Shown: positions 38,621 to 51,063 of the stretch, in pieces
Position numbering within the stretch: position 1 is the first letter of the stretch
Layout of the letters: every line of letters begins with the position of its first letter
Translations under genes and position numbers: made by a program
The notes under the pieces: generated by a model
Databases searched by the model: none
The model's input: only the letters and a program-made list of their open reading frames with translations
What the model was told of the DNA's origin: nothing
Assembly: GCA_036004985.1 (NCBI GenBank)
Contig: DASYQX010000030.1
Coordinates: 4,151 to 68,150 of the forward strand
Length of the DNA: 64,000 nt
Direction of reading: 5' to 3'
Source: Gemmatimonadales bacterium
GTDB lineage: Bacteria; Gemmatimonadota; Gemmatimonadetes; Gemmatimonadales; GWC2-71-9

Positions 38621-40441
38621 TCATGCGTTTGTTCCGTCCTCCACCTGATAAAACACGCCCCAGGCTCCGACGCCCGCGTGCGCGGCGATCACCGGCGTGA
38701 CCGGACTCACCAAACATTGGATGGGCCGGTACCGCGACACCAGCTCGGCGCGCAACGCCTCGGCGAATTCCGGGATGTCGCCGTGCGCCACACCGAGCCG
38801 CAGCATCGCGGGACGCGCCGCGCGCCGCTCGATCGCGGCGGCGACCAATTCCAGGAGGCGGCGCCGCGCGGCCTCGGCCCCCCGGACCCGGGCGACGGGC
38901 TCGATCTTCCCTTCCATCGTAAGCGCCAGGATCGGCTTGAGGTTCAGCTTGGTGCCCAGCCACGCCCGCCCGCGCCCAACCCGCCCCGAGCGGACCAGCC
39001 GGTCGAAGTTGTCCACCGTGAAGAAGGCGCCGGACTGCCCGCGGACCCGCTCGAGCTCGCGGGCGATGGCCTCCGGGGCCCATCCCGCCGCGGCGAGCTC
39101 GATTCCGCGCAGCACGAGCATCCCCTCTCCCAACGAGGCGCTCCGGCTGTTGACGACCGTGACCCGTCCCCCGTTAAAGCGACGGGCCGCCGCTTCGGCG
39201 TTGGCGCACGTTCCCGAGAGGGCCTTCGACAGCACGACGGCCACGACGTGGTGCGCCGTCCGCGCCGCGTCGCCGTAGGCCTCCGTGAACGCCTGCGGGC
39301 TGGGCTGCGACGTCGTCGCGTCCAGTCCGGCGCGCAGCCGCACGAAGAACTCGGCGGACGTCAGCTCCAGGCGGTCGCGATACGACCGCTCGTCGACGAT
39401 CAGCTGGGTGGGGACGAGGCCCACGTCGTATTGGAGCACCAGGTCGTCGGGGAGGTCGCAGGCGGTGTCGCTCACGAAGGCCACGGGCCGGCGGGTCTGC
39501 AGCGCCTGGTGTTGGGCCCGCATGTCGTCGGCCTTCGTGTATTCGACGCGGCCCCACGAGGCGCCGAGCTGAAACACGGCGTCCGGCGTGTCGGTGTGGA
39601 CGTGCGCCTTGACCAGCTCGCCCGTCTGGAGCACGACGATGGACCCACCGAACGCGCGCAGGGCTCGGCGCACCTCGGCAGGGGCGGGCAGCGCGCTGCC
39701 GCGCACCATGACCTCGGTGCAAAAGCGGTAATCTCGGTCCGACGCGACTTCGGCTTGCGCCGCGGCGTTGGGCACCAGCCGGTCCACCGCTCCCTCGGCG
39801 ATGTGCCCCTCTTCGATCAGGCGCTTGACGCCGTCGAGCAGGCGGACGAACCCTTTGGCGCCGGCGTCCACCACGCCGGCCGCTTTCAGGGCGGCGAGGA
39901 GGTCCGGAGTGCGTTGTAACGCGTCGTCGGCGCGGCGCACGAGGCGTCCCACGAACACGCGAAGGTCGGGCTCGTTTTGGGCGCGGCCGGCTTCGTCCGC
40001 GGCTTCGCGGGCCACCGTGAGGATCGTACCCTCGACCGGCTCATCGAGCGAGGACTGCAGCCGCTCGAACCCGAGGCGGATCGCCCGAGCGAGGTCAGCC
40101 GCCCTGGCACGGACCCGCTGGCCCAGGCCCTCCTGGAAGCCGAGCAGGAACTGCGAGAGCATCATCCCGGAGTTGCCGCGCGCCCCGCGCACGCTGGCCT
40201 GCGCCATCACGTCGGTCACACGGGCCAACGAGGGCGGGGGGACGTCGTCCAGCTCGCGCAGCGCCTGCGCGACGGTCCGGAGAGTAAGACAGAGGTTCGT
40301 GCCGGTATCGCCGTCCGGCACCGGAAAAACATTGAGGCGATTCAGCTCGTCGCGGCCTGCCGCCACCCAGTCCGCGGACGCCAACAACGAGCGGCGAAAC
40401 CGCGGGCCGTCCAGGTAGCCGATGCCGATGCCGCCACCCAC
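38621..40441 (-). CDS. DAK2 (FakA-like) - DegV (FakB-like) fusion protein
   Basis: LNVFPVPDGDTGTN, GARGNSG, PVEGTILTV, VVDAGA, HVHTD; DegV SDTACDL, TTSQPS, LSGT, LVRSGR, AAHAG. Confidence 0.9.
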   Translation of the reverse strand: MGGGIGIGYLDGPRFRRSLLASADWVAAGRDELNRLNVFPVPDGDTGTNLCLTLRTVAQALRELDDVPPPSLARVTDVMAQASVRGARGNSGMMLSQFLLGFQEGLGQRVRARAADLARAIRLGFERLQSSLDEPVEGTILTVAREAADEAGRAQNEPDLRVFVGRLVRRADDALQRTPDLLAALKAAGVVDAGAKGFVRLLDGVKRLIEEGHIAEGAVDRLVPNAAAQAEVASDRDYRFCTEVMVRGSALPAPAEVRRALRAFGGSIVVLQTGELVKAHVHTDTPDAVFQLGASWGRVEYTKADDMRAQHQALQTRRPVAFVSDTACDLPDDLVLQYDVGLVPTQLIVDERSYRDRLELTSAEFFVRLRAGLDATTSQPSPQAFTEAYGDAARTAHHVVAVVLSKALSGTCANAEAAARRFNGGRVTVVNSRSASLGEGMLVLRGIELAAAGWAPEAIARELERVRGQSGAFFTVDNFDRLVRSGRVGRGRAWLGTKLNLKPILALTMEGKIEPVARVRGAEAARRRLLELVAAAIERRAARPAMLRLGVAHGDIPEFAEALRAELVSRYRPIQCLVSPVTPVIAAHAGVGAWGVFYQVEDGTNA

Positions 40442-40450
40442 GGCGCGGCG

Positions 40451-40894
40451 CTATTCCTTCACCACCGTGACGACGACTTCCGGCCGGACGTCGGGGTGGA
40501 TCTTGATGGCCACGCGGAACTCGCCCAGCGCGCGGATCGGCTCGGGCAGGTCGATCTTGCGCTTGTCCACATGGATGCCTTGCTCCTCGAGCTTGCGCTG
40601 GATGTCGCTGGCCGTGACCGAGCCGTACAGTTTGTCTTCCTCGCCGACCTTCGCGAGAAAGGTGAGCTCCAGGCCGGCGAGGCGGGTGGCCTCACCCTCG
40701 GCCGCGGTTTTCTCGGCGGCGCGCTGCCTGGCGAGGCGCTCGGCCTCGTACGTGATCCGCTTCTTGTTGGCTTCGGTGGCGGGGTAGGCCAGGCCTTTGG
40801 GGAGCAGGTAGTTGCGCGCGTAGCCGTCCTTGACCTTGACGACTTCGCCGGTCTTGCCGAGGTGCTCCACGTCTTCCCGCAGAATGATCTCCAT
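40451..40894 (-). CDS. rplI: 50S ribosomal protein L9
   Basis: MEIILREDVEHLG..GEVVKVKDGYARNYLLP, KLYGSVT. Confidence 0.96.
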   Translation of the reverse strand: MEIILREDVEHLGKTGEVVKVKDGYARNYLLPKGLAYPATEANKKRITYEAERLARQRAAEKTAAEGEATRLAGLELTFLAKVGEEDKLYGSVTASDIQRKLEEQGIHVDKRKIDLPEPIRALGEFRVAIKIHPDVRPEVVVTVVKE

Positions 40895-40902
40895 CGCCGT
40901 CC

Positions 40903-41805
40903 TCAGGTTGTGTTGGACCGGCGCGCCGCGAGGCGGCGCCGGTATTCGTACCAAGTATCGGTGATTCCCAGGGTGCACAGCCCGGGGATGAGCAGCACGA
41001 GCGGCACCGCCAGCACGGCCGCGACGGCGCCCGCGATGACGAGCGCGGCCGCCGAGACGCCGAGCGCCTGGGCCACCACGACGACGATCGCCGCGCCGCG
41101 CAGGAGGTAGAGGGCGCCCAGCACGAGCCCCAGGTTGGTCCCCGCCATGTGGAGCGCGCCGGATACCGGCGCGATCACCAGGCCGAGCCAGGCCACGACG
41201 CCCCACACCCAGCCGTCCCCGAACCGGAACTCGCGGAACGGGGCGAGCGACGCGCCGAGCGGCAGCGCGGCCAGGTGGACGTGGCATTGCCACGCGAGCG
41301 CCAACCCGGCGAGCGTCTGCAGCGCGAGCATGCCGGGCGTAGTGACCGAGAGGAAGCGAACGGCCGGCTCGTACAGGGGGAAGGCATCGGGTTGCAGCTC
41401 GACGACGAACCGCATCGCAAGCCCGGCTTGCCGCGTGGCCTCCCACGCGAGCGCGCCCCATCCGCTCGGCCCCCACACGACCTGGACCAGCAGGACGGTG
41501 GCGGCGCTTGCGGTGAGGATCGCGCGCAGCGCCTGGCGGATGAACCCCGCCGGTGCGAGCAGGGCGCCGGTGACGAACGCCGCCGTGACGAGCACGATAT
41601 AGGCGCTGATCGCGGCCCCCAATCGCCCCCCCCCGGGCACGACGAGCAGACCGACGCTCACGGCGCCGATCGCCGCGGCGGCGACGCGAGCCCGCAGCGA
41701 CCGGTCGGGGGCGACGGCCAGCAGCGCCGCACAGGGGAGCCCCACGAGACTCGGCGGCGCCCACACCGCGAACGCGATGACGCCGAGGAACAGGCGCCAC
41801 CTCAT
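40903..41805 (-). CDS. DUF2232 (YybS-like) integral membrane protein
   Basis: Multiple TM helices, PFREFRF, LGITDTW..R; located between rpsR and rplI. Confidence 0.75.
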   Translation of the reverse strand: MRWRLFLGVIAFAVWAPPSLVGLPCAALLAVAPDRSLRARVAAAAIGAVSVGLLVVPGGGRLGAAISAYIVLVTAAFVTGALLAPAGFIRQALRAILTASAATVLLVQVVWGPSGWGALAWEATRQAGLAMRFVVELQPDAFPLYEPAVRFLSVTTPGMLALQTLAGLALAWQCHVHLAALPLGASLAPFREFRFGDGWVWGVVAWLGLVIAPVSGALHMAGTNLGLVLGALYLLRGAAIVVVVAQALGVSAAALVIAGAVAAVLAVPLVLLIPGLCTLGITDTWYEYRRRLAARRSNTT

Positions 41806-41806
41806 G

Positions 41807-42028
41807 TCAGGCCGTGTGACCCTTGATGTAGGGAATCAGCGCCAGCTGACGCGCGCGCTTGATGGCGGTCGCGAGCTGGCGCTGGTGGCGCGCGCACATC
41901 CCCGACAGCCGGCTGGGCAGGATCTTGCCGCGCTCCGTGAGGAAGCGCCCCAGGGTCCGGTCGTCCTTGTAGTCCAGCACCCGCGCGCCGGACTCGCACA
42001 CGGGACAGGTCTTGGCGGGGCGTCTCAC
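41807..42028 (-). CDS. rpsR: 30S ribosomal protein S18
   Basis: [36 protein letters not shown]. Confidence 0.96.
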   Translation of the reverse strand: MRRPAKTCPVCESGARVLDYKDDRTLGRFLTERGKILPSRLSGMCARHQRQLATAIKRARQLALIPYIKGHTA

Positions 42029-42387
42029 GCTTCCTCCTCCTCGATCTCTTCTTCTTCGGTCGCGATCACCGCCGCTGTAACCGGCTTGGGCTGCTCGCGC
42101 CCGGCCTGGACGATGAGGTAGCGCAACACGCCCTCGTCCAGCTTCACCGCGCGCTCGTACTCGGGCAGCAGCTCGCCGGCGGCCTCGAACTGGGCGACGA
42201 CGTAGTAGCCCGTGTCGCGCTTCTTGATCTTGAAGGTCATGGTGCGCTTGCCCCAGTGGGACACGTTCGTGACCGTGCCCTTGCCGTCCTTGGTCAGGAG
42301 GGCGTGGAAGCGGGCGAGCTTTTCGTTGATCGCGGGCTCGTCCAGCGCGCTGTCAAAAATGTAGACCGTCTCGTACCGACGAGTCAT
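42025..42387 (-). CDS. rpsF: 30S ribosomal protein S6
   Basis: [35 protein letters not shown]. Confidence 0.94.
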   Translation of the reverse strand: MTRRYETVYIFDSALDEPAINEKLARFHALLTKDGKGTVTNVSHWGKRTMTFKIKKRDTGYYVVAQFEAAGELLPEYERAVKLDEGVLRYLIVQAGREQPKPVTAAVIATEEEEIEEEEA

Positions 42388-42445
42388 GCCACCTCCCTTT
42401 GGTCGTAGGCGACCCGGCGCAGGTGCGGCGCCGAGTAGGGGATAT
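42388..42445 (-). promoter_or_regulatory. Structured rpsF 5' leader, candidate S6:S18 autoregulatory element
   Basis: Leader AUCCCCU can pair with the SD AAGGGAGG and encloses hairpins CUCGGCGC/GCGCCGGG and GGUCG/CGACC. Confidence 0.35.
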
Positions 42446-42523
42446 GTGAGCGCGAAAGCTAAGCGGGGTGGCGCTTGACGGCAACGGATCCACGGTGAAT
42501 GGTGAGGCAGGAGGGATTCCCCT

Positions 42524-43243
42524 TTGCGAATCGCTCTGTGTGCCGCGGCAGTGCTGGTGGCCGGCGCCGCGCCGGGCGCCGCCCAGCAGGACACGCTGGC
42601 GCGCCTGACGGGCACCGTGAGCGCGTCGAACAGCGGGCAGCCGCTGGCGGGTGTGATGGTCTCGGTCCGCGGCAGCGGAGCGTTCCACGTCACCGATTCG
42701 ACCGGCACGTTCACGATCGTCCGGCTCCCGCCCGGGCGCTACATGTTGCGCCTCGCCTACCAGGACCGCACGTCCCAGGACTATGAGGTGGTGCTGCAGC
42801 CCGGCCGGACGCTCGAGCTGGCGATCCTGCTCGACGTCGGCGGGGTCGAGCTGGCGCCGATCGTGGTGGAGGCGGCGTCGCAGGAGTGGGTGCTCAGCCT
42901 CGCGGGCTTTTACTCGCGCCGCGGCAGAGGATTCGGGCGGTTCGTCACGCGCGACGATATCGAGCGGCGCAACCCGGCGAACTTGAGCACGCTGTTGGCC
43001 GGCAGCGGGATCGTCATGCGCTGCATCCGCACCCACTGCACGCCGACGCGGTACTCGTCCGGCCGCCGCTGCGCCGTCGCGGTTTTTCTCGACGGGCTGC
43101 GGGTCGAGGACTACAACATCGATCTGATCCCGCCCGAGGATGTGGTGGGCATCGAGGTGTACCGGCAGGGGGCCGACACGCCGGCCGAATTCTCGCGCTA
43201 CTCCGCCGACTGCGGGGCGGTGCTGATCTGGACGAAGAACTGA
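42524..43243 (+). CDS. Exported carboxypeptidase-regulatory-like + TonB-plug-like domain protein (no barrel)
   Basis: Signal peptide, LTGTV...PLAGV.V...TDSTGTF; GFYSRR...FVTRDDIE, VFLDG, IEVY, CGAVLIWTK. Confidence 0.78.
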   Translation: MRIALCAAAVLVAGAAPGAAQQDTLARLTGTVSASNSGQPLAGVMVSVRGSGAFHVTDSTGTFTIVRLPPGRYMLRLAYQDRTSQDYEVVLQPGRTLELAILLDVGGVELAPIVVEAASQEWVLSLAGFYSRRGRGFGRFVTRDDIERRNPANLSTLLAGSGIVMRCIRTHCTPTRYSSGRRCAVAVFLDGLRVEDYNIDLIPPEDVVGIEVYRQGADTPAEFSRYSADCGAVLIWTKN

Positions 43244-43250
43244 GCGGGGC

Positions 43251-44360
43251 TCAGACGTTGAACCGGAACAGCAGGATGTCGCCGTCCTGGACGACGTAGT
43301 CCCGGCCCTCACTCCGCACCAGCCCTTGCTCGCGCGCCGCCTTGTACGACCCGGCGCGCACGAACTCGTCGAACTTGACGGTCTCCGCCCGGATAAAACC
43401 ACGCTGAAAGTCGGAGTGAATCTCGCCCGCGGCCGCGAAGGCCGTGTCGCCGCGGTGCATCGTCCAGGCCCGCACTTCATTCTCGCCGACGGTGAAAAAG
43501 GTCTGCAGGCCGAGCAGCCGGTAGCCGGCATGGATCAGGCGGTCGAGCCCCGGCTCGGCCACGCCCGCGGCCGCGAGGTACTCCTTCCTTTCTTCTCCTG
43601 CCAGGTCGGCCAGCTCCGCCTCGACCTTGGCGGAGAAGGGCACGACTTCCGCTTCTTCATGGTGCGTTTGCACGGCGGCCTTGAGCTTGTCGATCCATTT
43701 CCCGCCGCCCCCCCCGCCGGCGAGGTCGTCCTCGGTCACATTCGCGGCGTACAGGATCGCCTTGGCGGTCAGGAGGCCGAGCTGGCGGAGGAAGCGGACG
43801 GCGTCCTCGCTTTCGCCGGCCTCGCGTGCGCCGCGCCCCCCGTTCAGCTCCTCCATCACGCGCTCGAGCACCACCAGCTCCGCCTGCGCCTCCTTGTCGC
43901 CGGCGCGGGCCGACTTTCGGGTCTTCTCGAGCCGCCGCTCGACCACCGCGAGATCGGCGAGGGCGAGCTCGCTCGTGACGACGTCGTGATCGCGCACCGG
44001 GTCCACCGGCCCCATCACGTGCACGACGTCCGGGTCCTCGAAGCAGCGAATCACGTGGACGATCGCGTCCACTTCACGGATGTGCGACAGGAACTGGTTG
44101 CCCAACCCCTCGCCCTGCGAGGCGCCCTTCACCAGGCCGGCGATGTCGACGAATTCGACGACGGCGGGGACCTTCTTCCTGGGCTTCACCACCGCGAACA
44201 GCGTGTCGAGCCGGGGGTCCGGGACTTCGACGACGCCGACGTTGGGCTCCACGGTGCAGAAGGGATAGTTCTCCGCCGCCGCGGCCTTGGACGAGGTGAG
44301 CGCGTTGAACAGCGTTGACTTGCCGACGTTGGGGAGGCCGACGATTCCGAGTCTCAGCAT
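43251..44360 (-). CDS. ychF: Ribosome-binding ATPase YchF
   Basis: [58 protein letters not shown]. Confidence 0.96.
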   Translation of the reverse strand: MLRLGIVGLPNVGKSTLFNALTSSKAAAAENYPFCTVEPNVGVVEVPDPRLDTLFAVVKPRKKVPAVVEFVDIAGLVKGASQGEGLGNQFLSHIREVDAIVHVIRCFEDPDVVHVMGPVDPVRDHDVVTSELALADLAVVERRLEKTRKSARAGDKEAQAELVVLERVMEELNGGRGAREAGESEDAVRFLRQLGLLTAKAILYAANVTEDDLAGGGGGGKWIDKLKAAVQTHHEEAEVVPFSAKVEAELADLAGEERKEYLAAAGVAEPGLDRLIHAGYRLLGLQTFFTVGENEVRAWTMHRGDTAFAAAGEIHSDFQRGFIRAETVKFDEFVRAGSYKAAREQGLVRSEGRDYVVQDGDILLFRFNV

Positions 44361-44418
44361 CTGCGACTACGCGGACGTGCAAAGACTAGGCGCACCGACG
44401 CACAGGGGGGATTGGTCA

Positions 44419-44976
44419 TCAGGAAACGGGAGAGGCTACACCACGCAGCCATTTCTCAACTGCGTCGATCATCGGAGGCATCAACGCTTCAATCTGTGCG
44501 AGCTCTTCGGGCTCAAATGGAGCGAGCACGTAATCCGCCCAGTCGCTCACGCCCTCGGGCAGAGGGCCGACGCCGATGCGCAGCCGCGCGTACTGTTGCG
44601 ATTGCAGCGCGCCCTCGATGCTCTTGAGCCCGTTGTGCCCGCCCGCCGAGCCTTCGGCCCGCAGGCGGAACGTGCCGATCGGGATCGCGAAGTCGTCCAC
44701 CAGGATGAGGAGGTCGCGCGCCGGATCGAACGTCGGGTCGGCGCGGAGCGACGCCAGGGCGGCGCCGCTGCGATTCATGTGGGTGGTGGGCTTCAGGACG
44801 CGGACGGGGACGCCGTGCACGACGCCCTCCGTGGCGCGGGCGCGCTCGGCGCGGCGGAACGGCGCCAGGCCCCAGTGCGCCGCGACGGCGTCGGCGAGCC
44901 AGAAGCCCGCGTTGTGGCGCGTCGCGGCGTACTCCGGGCCGGGATTCCCGAGGCCGACGACGGCGCGCAGGCTCAG
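44419..44976 (-). CDS. pth: Peptidyl-tRNA hydrolase (apparent CTG start)
   Basis: In-frame extension upstream of the ORF call gives VVGLGNPGPEYAATRHNAGF; also KPTTHMNRSG, GGHNGLKS, RLRIGVG. Confidence 0.92.
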   Translation of the reverse strand: MSLRAVVGLGNPGPEYAATRHNAGFWLADAVAAHWGLAPFRRAERARATEGVVHGVPVRVLKPTTHMNRSGAALASLRADPTFDPARDLLILVDDFAIPIGTFRLRAEGSAGGHNGLKSIEGALQSQQYARLRIGVGPLPEGVSDWADYVLAPFEPEELAQIEALMPPMIDAVEKWLRGVASPVS

Positions 44977-45677
44977 GCCTTGGGCTCGGCCTTCGGCGGC
45001 TTGGTCTCGGCCGCCTCCTCGCCCTCGACCGCCTCGCCCTCTTCCTCGCGGACTTTCCGGATCAGCTCGGGCTCGGCGACTTCGGTCGCGGCCTCGGGCG
45101 CGGGCGCCACGACTTCCTCGGCGCGCGGCGGCACGACGGTCGCGACCGTCACGTCGAGACCGAGCAGGATCGTGGCGTTGGGGATCGAGAGATCCCGCAC
45201 GTGCAGCGAGTCGCCGATCTTGAGGGCCGTCACGTCGAGCTCGACCCGGTCCGGGATGTGCTCGGGGAGCACCTCGATCTCGACCTCGCGGGTGACCTGG
45301 TCGAGCACGCCGCCGGCGTTGCGCACGCCGTCGGGCGCCCCCACGAGGTGCACCGGCACCTTGAGCTTCACCTTCTCGTCCGCGTGGATCTCATAGAAGT
45401 CCACGTGGATGATGTCGGGGCGGATGGGATGCCGCTGGATCTCGCGGATCAGGGTGCGCGTCTTTTTCCCGTCGACCGTCAACTCGATGACGGTGCTGGC
45501 GGGCTCGACGCCCGTCAGCGCCTTCTCGAGCGACAGGGCGTCGACCATCAGCGGCTGCGTGGGCCGCCCGTGCCCGTAGATGACGGCCGGGATCTGCTTC
45601 GCGAAGCGGGCCTGCCGCGCAGCGCCTTTGCCCGTCTTGTCCCGCGGGCTGGCCGCGAGGCTCACCATCTGTGCCAT
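44973..45677 (-). CDS. rplY: 50S ribosomal protein L25 / Ctc form
   Basis: GKGAARQAR, IPAVIYG, REIQRHP, HVDF, GGVL, acidic tail. Confidence 0.95.
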   Translation of the reverse strand: MAQMVSLAASPRDKTGKGAARQARFAKQIPAVIYGHGRPTQPLMVDALSLEKALTGVEPASTVIELTVDGKKTRTLIREIQRHPIRPDIIHVDFYEIHADEKVKLKVPVHLVGAPDGVRNAGGVLDQVTREVEIEVLPEHIPDRVELDVTALKIGDSLHVRDLSIPNATILLGLDVTVATVVPPRAEEVVAPAPEAATEVAEPELIRKVREEEGEAVEGEEAAETKPPKAEPKA

Positions 45678-45700
45678 AAGTCAGCCTCAGCTCTCAGCCG

Positions 45701-46654
45701 TCAGTCGAAGAGCGAGCTGACCGACTGGTTTGAGTGTTCGTACCCGATCGCTTTCGCCATGAGTCCGGCGATCGACAGCACCTTCAGCTTCTCGAACGTC
45801 CGCTCCTCGGGGATGCGGATCGTATTGGTCACCGTCACTTCTTCGATCGGCGACGCCCGCAGCCGCTCGACCGCGGGGCCCGACAACAGGGCGTGGGTCG
45901 CGAAGGCGAAGATGCGCCCGGCGCCGAGCCGCTTGAGCGCCGCGGCCGCTTCCGTAATCGTCCCCGCCGTGTCGACCATGTCGTCGGGGATGAGGCAGTC
46001 CTTCCCCTCCACTTCGCCGACGACGTTCACGACTTCCGCGATGTTCGCCGACGGCCGCCGCTTGTCGATGATGGCGAGCGACGCGTCCAGGCGCTTGGCG
46101 AAGCCGCGGGCCATCTTCGCCGAGCCGACGTCCGGCGCGACCACGACGGGATCGCGCAGCCCCTTCTGCCGGTAGTGGTTCACGAACACCGGCGCCGCGT
46201 ACAGATGGTCCACCGGGATGTCGAAGAACCCCTGCACCTGGTGGGAATGGAAGTCCATTCCGAGCACCCGGTCGGCCCCCGCGTGGGTGATCAGGTTGGC
46301 CATCAGTTTGGCGCTGATCGCTACCCGCGGCTGGTCCTTGCGATCCTGCCGGGCGTACCCGAAGTAGGGCAGCACCGCCGTGACCCGGGCGGCGCTCGCG
46401 CGCCGGGCCGCGTCGATCAGGAGCAACAGCTCCAGATAGTTCTCCGCCGGCGAGTTCGTGGACTGGATGATGAAGCAATCCCGCCCGCGTACGTTCTCGT
46501 CGATCTTGACGAAGATCTCGCCGTCAGCGAACCGGCGGAGCGTCACGGCGCACAGCGGCTGGCCCAAATGCTGCGCCATCTCCTCGGCGAGAGGCCGGTT
46601 AGCCGTCCCGGCGAGGAGGAGGAGCTGGCTGCGCGACAGCGACAGGTCCCCCAT
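45701..46654 (-). CDS. prs: Ribose-phosphate pyrophosphokinase
   Basis: FADGEI, PYFGYARQDRK, VVAPDVG, DDMVDTAGT, SVSSLF. Confidence 0.96.
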   Translation of the reverse strand: MGDLSLSRSQLLLLAGTANRPLAEEMAQHLGQPLCAVTLRRFADGEIFVKIDENVRGRDCFIIQSTNSPAENYLELLLLIDAARRASAARVTAVLPYFGYARQDRKDQPRVAISAKLMANLITHAGADRVLGMDFHSHQVQGFFDIPVDHLYAAPVFVNHYRQKGLRDPVVVAPDVGSAKMARGFAKRLDASLAIIDKRRPSANIAEVVNVVGEVEGKDCLIPDDMVDTAGTITEAAAALKRLGAGRIFAFATHALLSGPAVERLRASPIEEVTVTNTIRIPEERTFEKLKVLSIAGLMAKAIGYEHSNQSVSSLFD

Positions 46655-46664
46655 CGGAGCCCGG

Positions 46665-46693
46665 AAAGTAGTCGGCAACGCTCGCGAAGCCAA
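46665..46693 (-). promoter_or_regulatory. Putative prs promoter
   Basis: TTGGCT (46693-46688), 17 nt spacer, TACTTT (46670-46665). Confidence 0.45.
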
Positions 46694-46734
46694 GGGTCCT
46701 TACCAGAGATCGGACCGCCCGGTATGCTAGGAGC

Positions 46735-49878
<3,144 letters not shown>

Positions 49879-49898
49879 CCTACCAAGGTGGAGGGTAC

Positions 49899-50519
49899 AT
49901 GAACACGAGAGCTGAAGGCGCACTGGGACTGGTCGTTGGCGCCGTGGTGCTCACCGTCGCCGCGTGCGCTCCCCCCCCGCATACACCGGCACCGCCCAGC
50001 CTCGTGACGAACGCGGAGTCCTCCAGCCAGCGCGCCGCGGTGCTGGCGTACGCCGCTACGCTGCAGTTCGACACGCTCACGCATGGTGCGAGCGACATGC
50101 AACCACTCACGCTCAAGAACTCGAGCGCCGTGCCACCCAAGGACACGGTGGGGCCCGTCGGGACGATCTACCCCGAGGTCAACACGCACCGCAATTCCCA
50201 GGCGGACTTGGCGGGCGTCGGCCGGATTGTCGCTCGGATCTACACGACGGGGCCGTACCCGAGGCTCGGACTGCCGGCGGGATGGAGCTACTTCTGGGTG
50301 GACAGTCTGAAGATGATCACGCCGGATAGCGGCGTCGGTCGCGCGCTGCTCATTCCCGCTGATTCGACGCAGCCGATCTCGGTTCGCATGCTGAAATACA
50401 CCACCGACCCGGCTGGTGCCCCCGAGCGTCAGGCGATGGCTCGCTGGCGTTACTACCCGCTGCAGAGCGCCTTGCCGTGGGAGCGGTGTACCAAGATGGG
50501 CTGTTGTGAAGCCCAATAA
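49899..50519 (+). CDS. Hypothetical lipoprotein with a Cys-rich C-terminus
   Basis: SD GGAGG; lipobox VAAC; ends WERCTKMGCCEAQ. Confidence 0.7.
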   Translation: MNTRAEGALGLVVGAVVLTVAACAPPPHTPAPPSLVTNAESSSQRAAVLAYAATLQFDTLTHGASDMQPLTLKNSSAVPPKDTVGPVGTIYPEVNTHRNSQADLAGVGRIVARIYTTGPYPRLGLPAGWSYFWVDSLKMITPDSGVGRALLIPADSTQPISVRMLKYTTDPAGAPERQAMARWRYYPLQSALPWERCTKMGCCEAQ

Positions 50520-50570
50520 CGTCGCGAGGCGCTCCTCCGTATAGAGGGCTGACCCCGGAAGGAGACGGAC

Positions 50571-51041
50571 ATGTTTCGTATTGCTCGCACGGCTGTGCTG
50601 CTGGCGCTCTGCGCTGCTCCCGCGCTCGCCCAGGAGCCGGGCCCGATGGGCGGTCCGCGGCGCTTCCCGCCGCCCGCCGATCATTGGATGACGCTCGATT
50701 CGCTCGCCGAGGCGGTCGGCCTGACGGCGGACCAAAAGACCAAGGTCGTCCAGCCCTACACGGCGCTCAACGGCGTGATGCGCGACGTCGCCGCCCGCCG
50801 CCAAGCCTTGCGCCAGCGGATGCAGGGCAGCTTCACGCCGGGCCAGGAGCCCACTCCCGAGGTGCGCGCGCGCATGGACAGCGTGCGGGCCGAGATGGAG
50901 GGGTTTCAGGCTGAAGCGGACCAGTGGCTCGCGGCGATCCGCAACCTGCTGACGCCCGCGCAACAGACGAAGTTTGACGCGCTCCCGAAGCCCCAGTTTG
51001 TCCGGCGCCCGCCGCGCAGCACGGGGCCGGGTATGTTATAG
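50571..51041 (+). CDS. Spy/CpxP-like periplasmic protein (LTXXQ motifs)
   Basis: SD AAGGAG; signal peptide; GLTADQ and LLTPAQ motifs. Confidence 0.75.
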   Translation: MFRIARTAVLLALCAAPALAQEPGPMGGPRRFPPPADHWMTLDSLAEAVGLTADQKTKVVQPYTALNGVMRDVAARRQALRQRMQGSFTPGQEPTPEVRARMDSVRAEMEGFQAEADQWLAAIRNLLTPAQQTKFDALPKPQFVRRPPRSTGPGML

Positions 51042-51063
51042 CATCCCCAACCCGGTTCGATCG

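Noticed and set aside
46685..46699. cgaagccaagggtcc resembles the tRNA-Gln 3' end (possible attR)
   Set aside because: Short, mismatched and inverted relative to the tRNA; better explained as the prs -35 region; no integrase in the window
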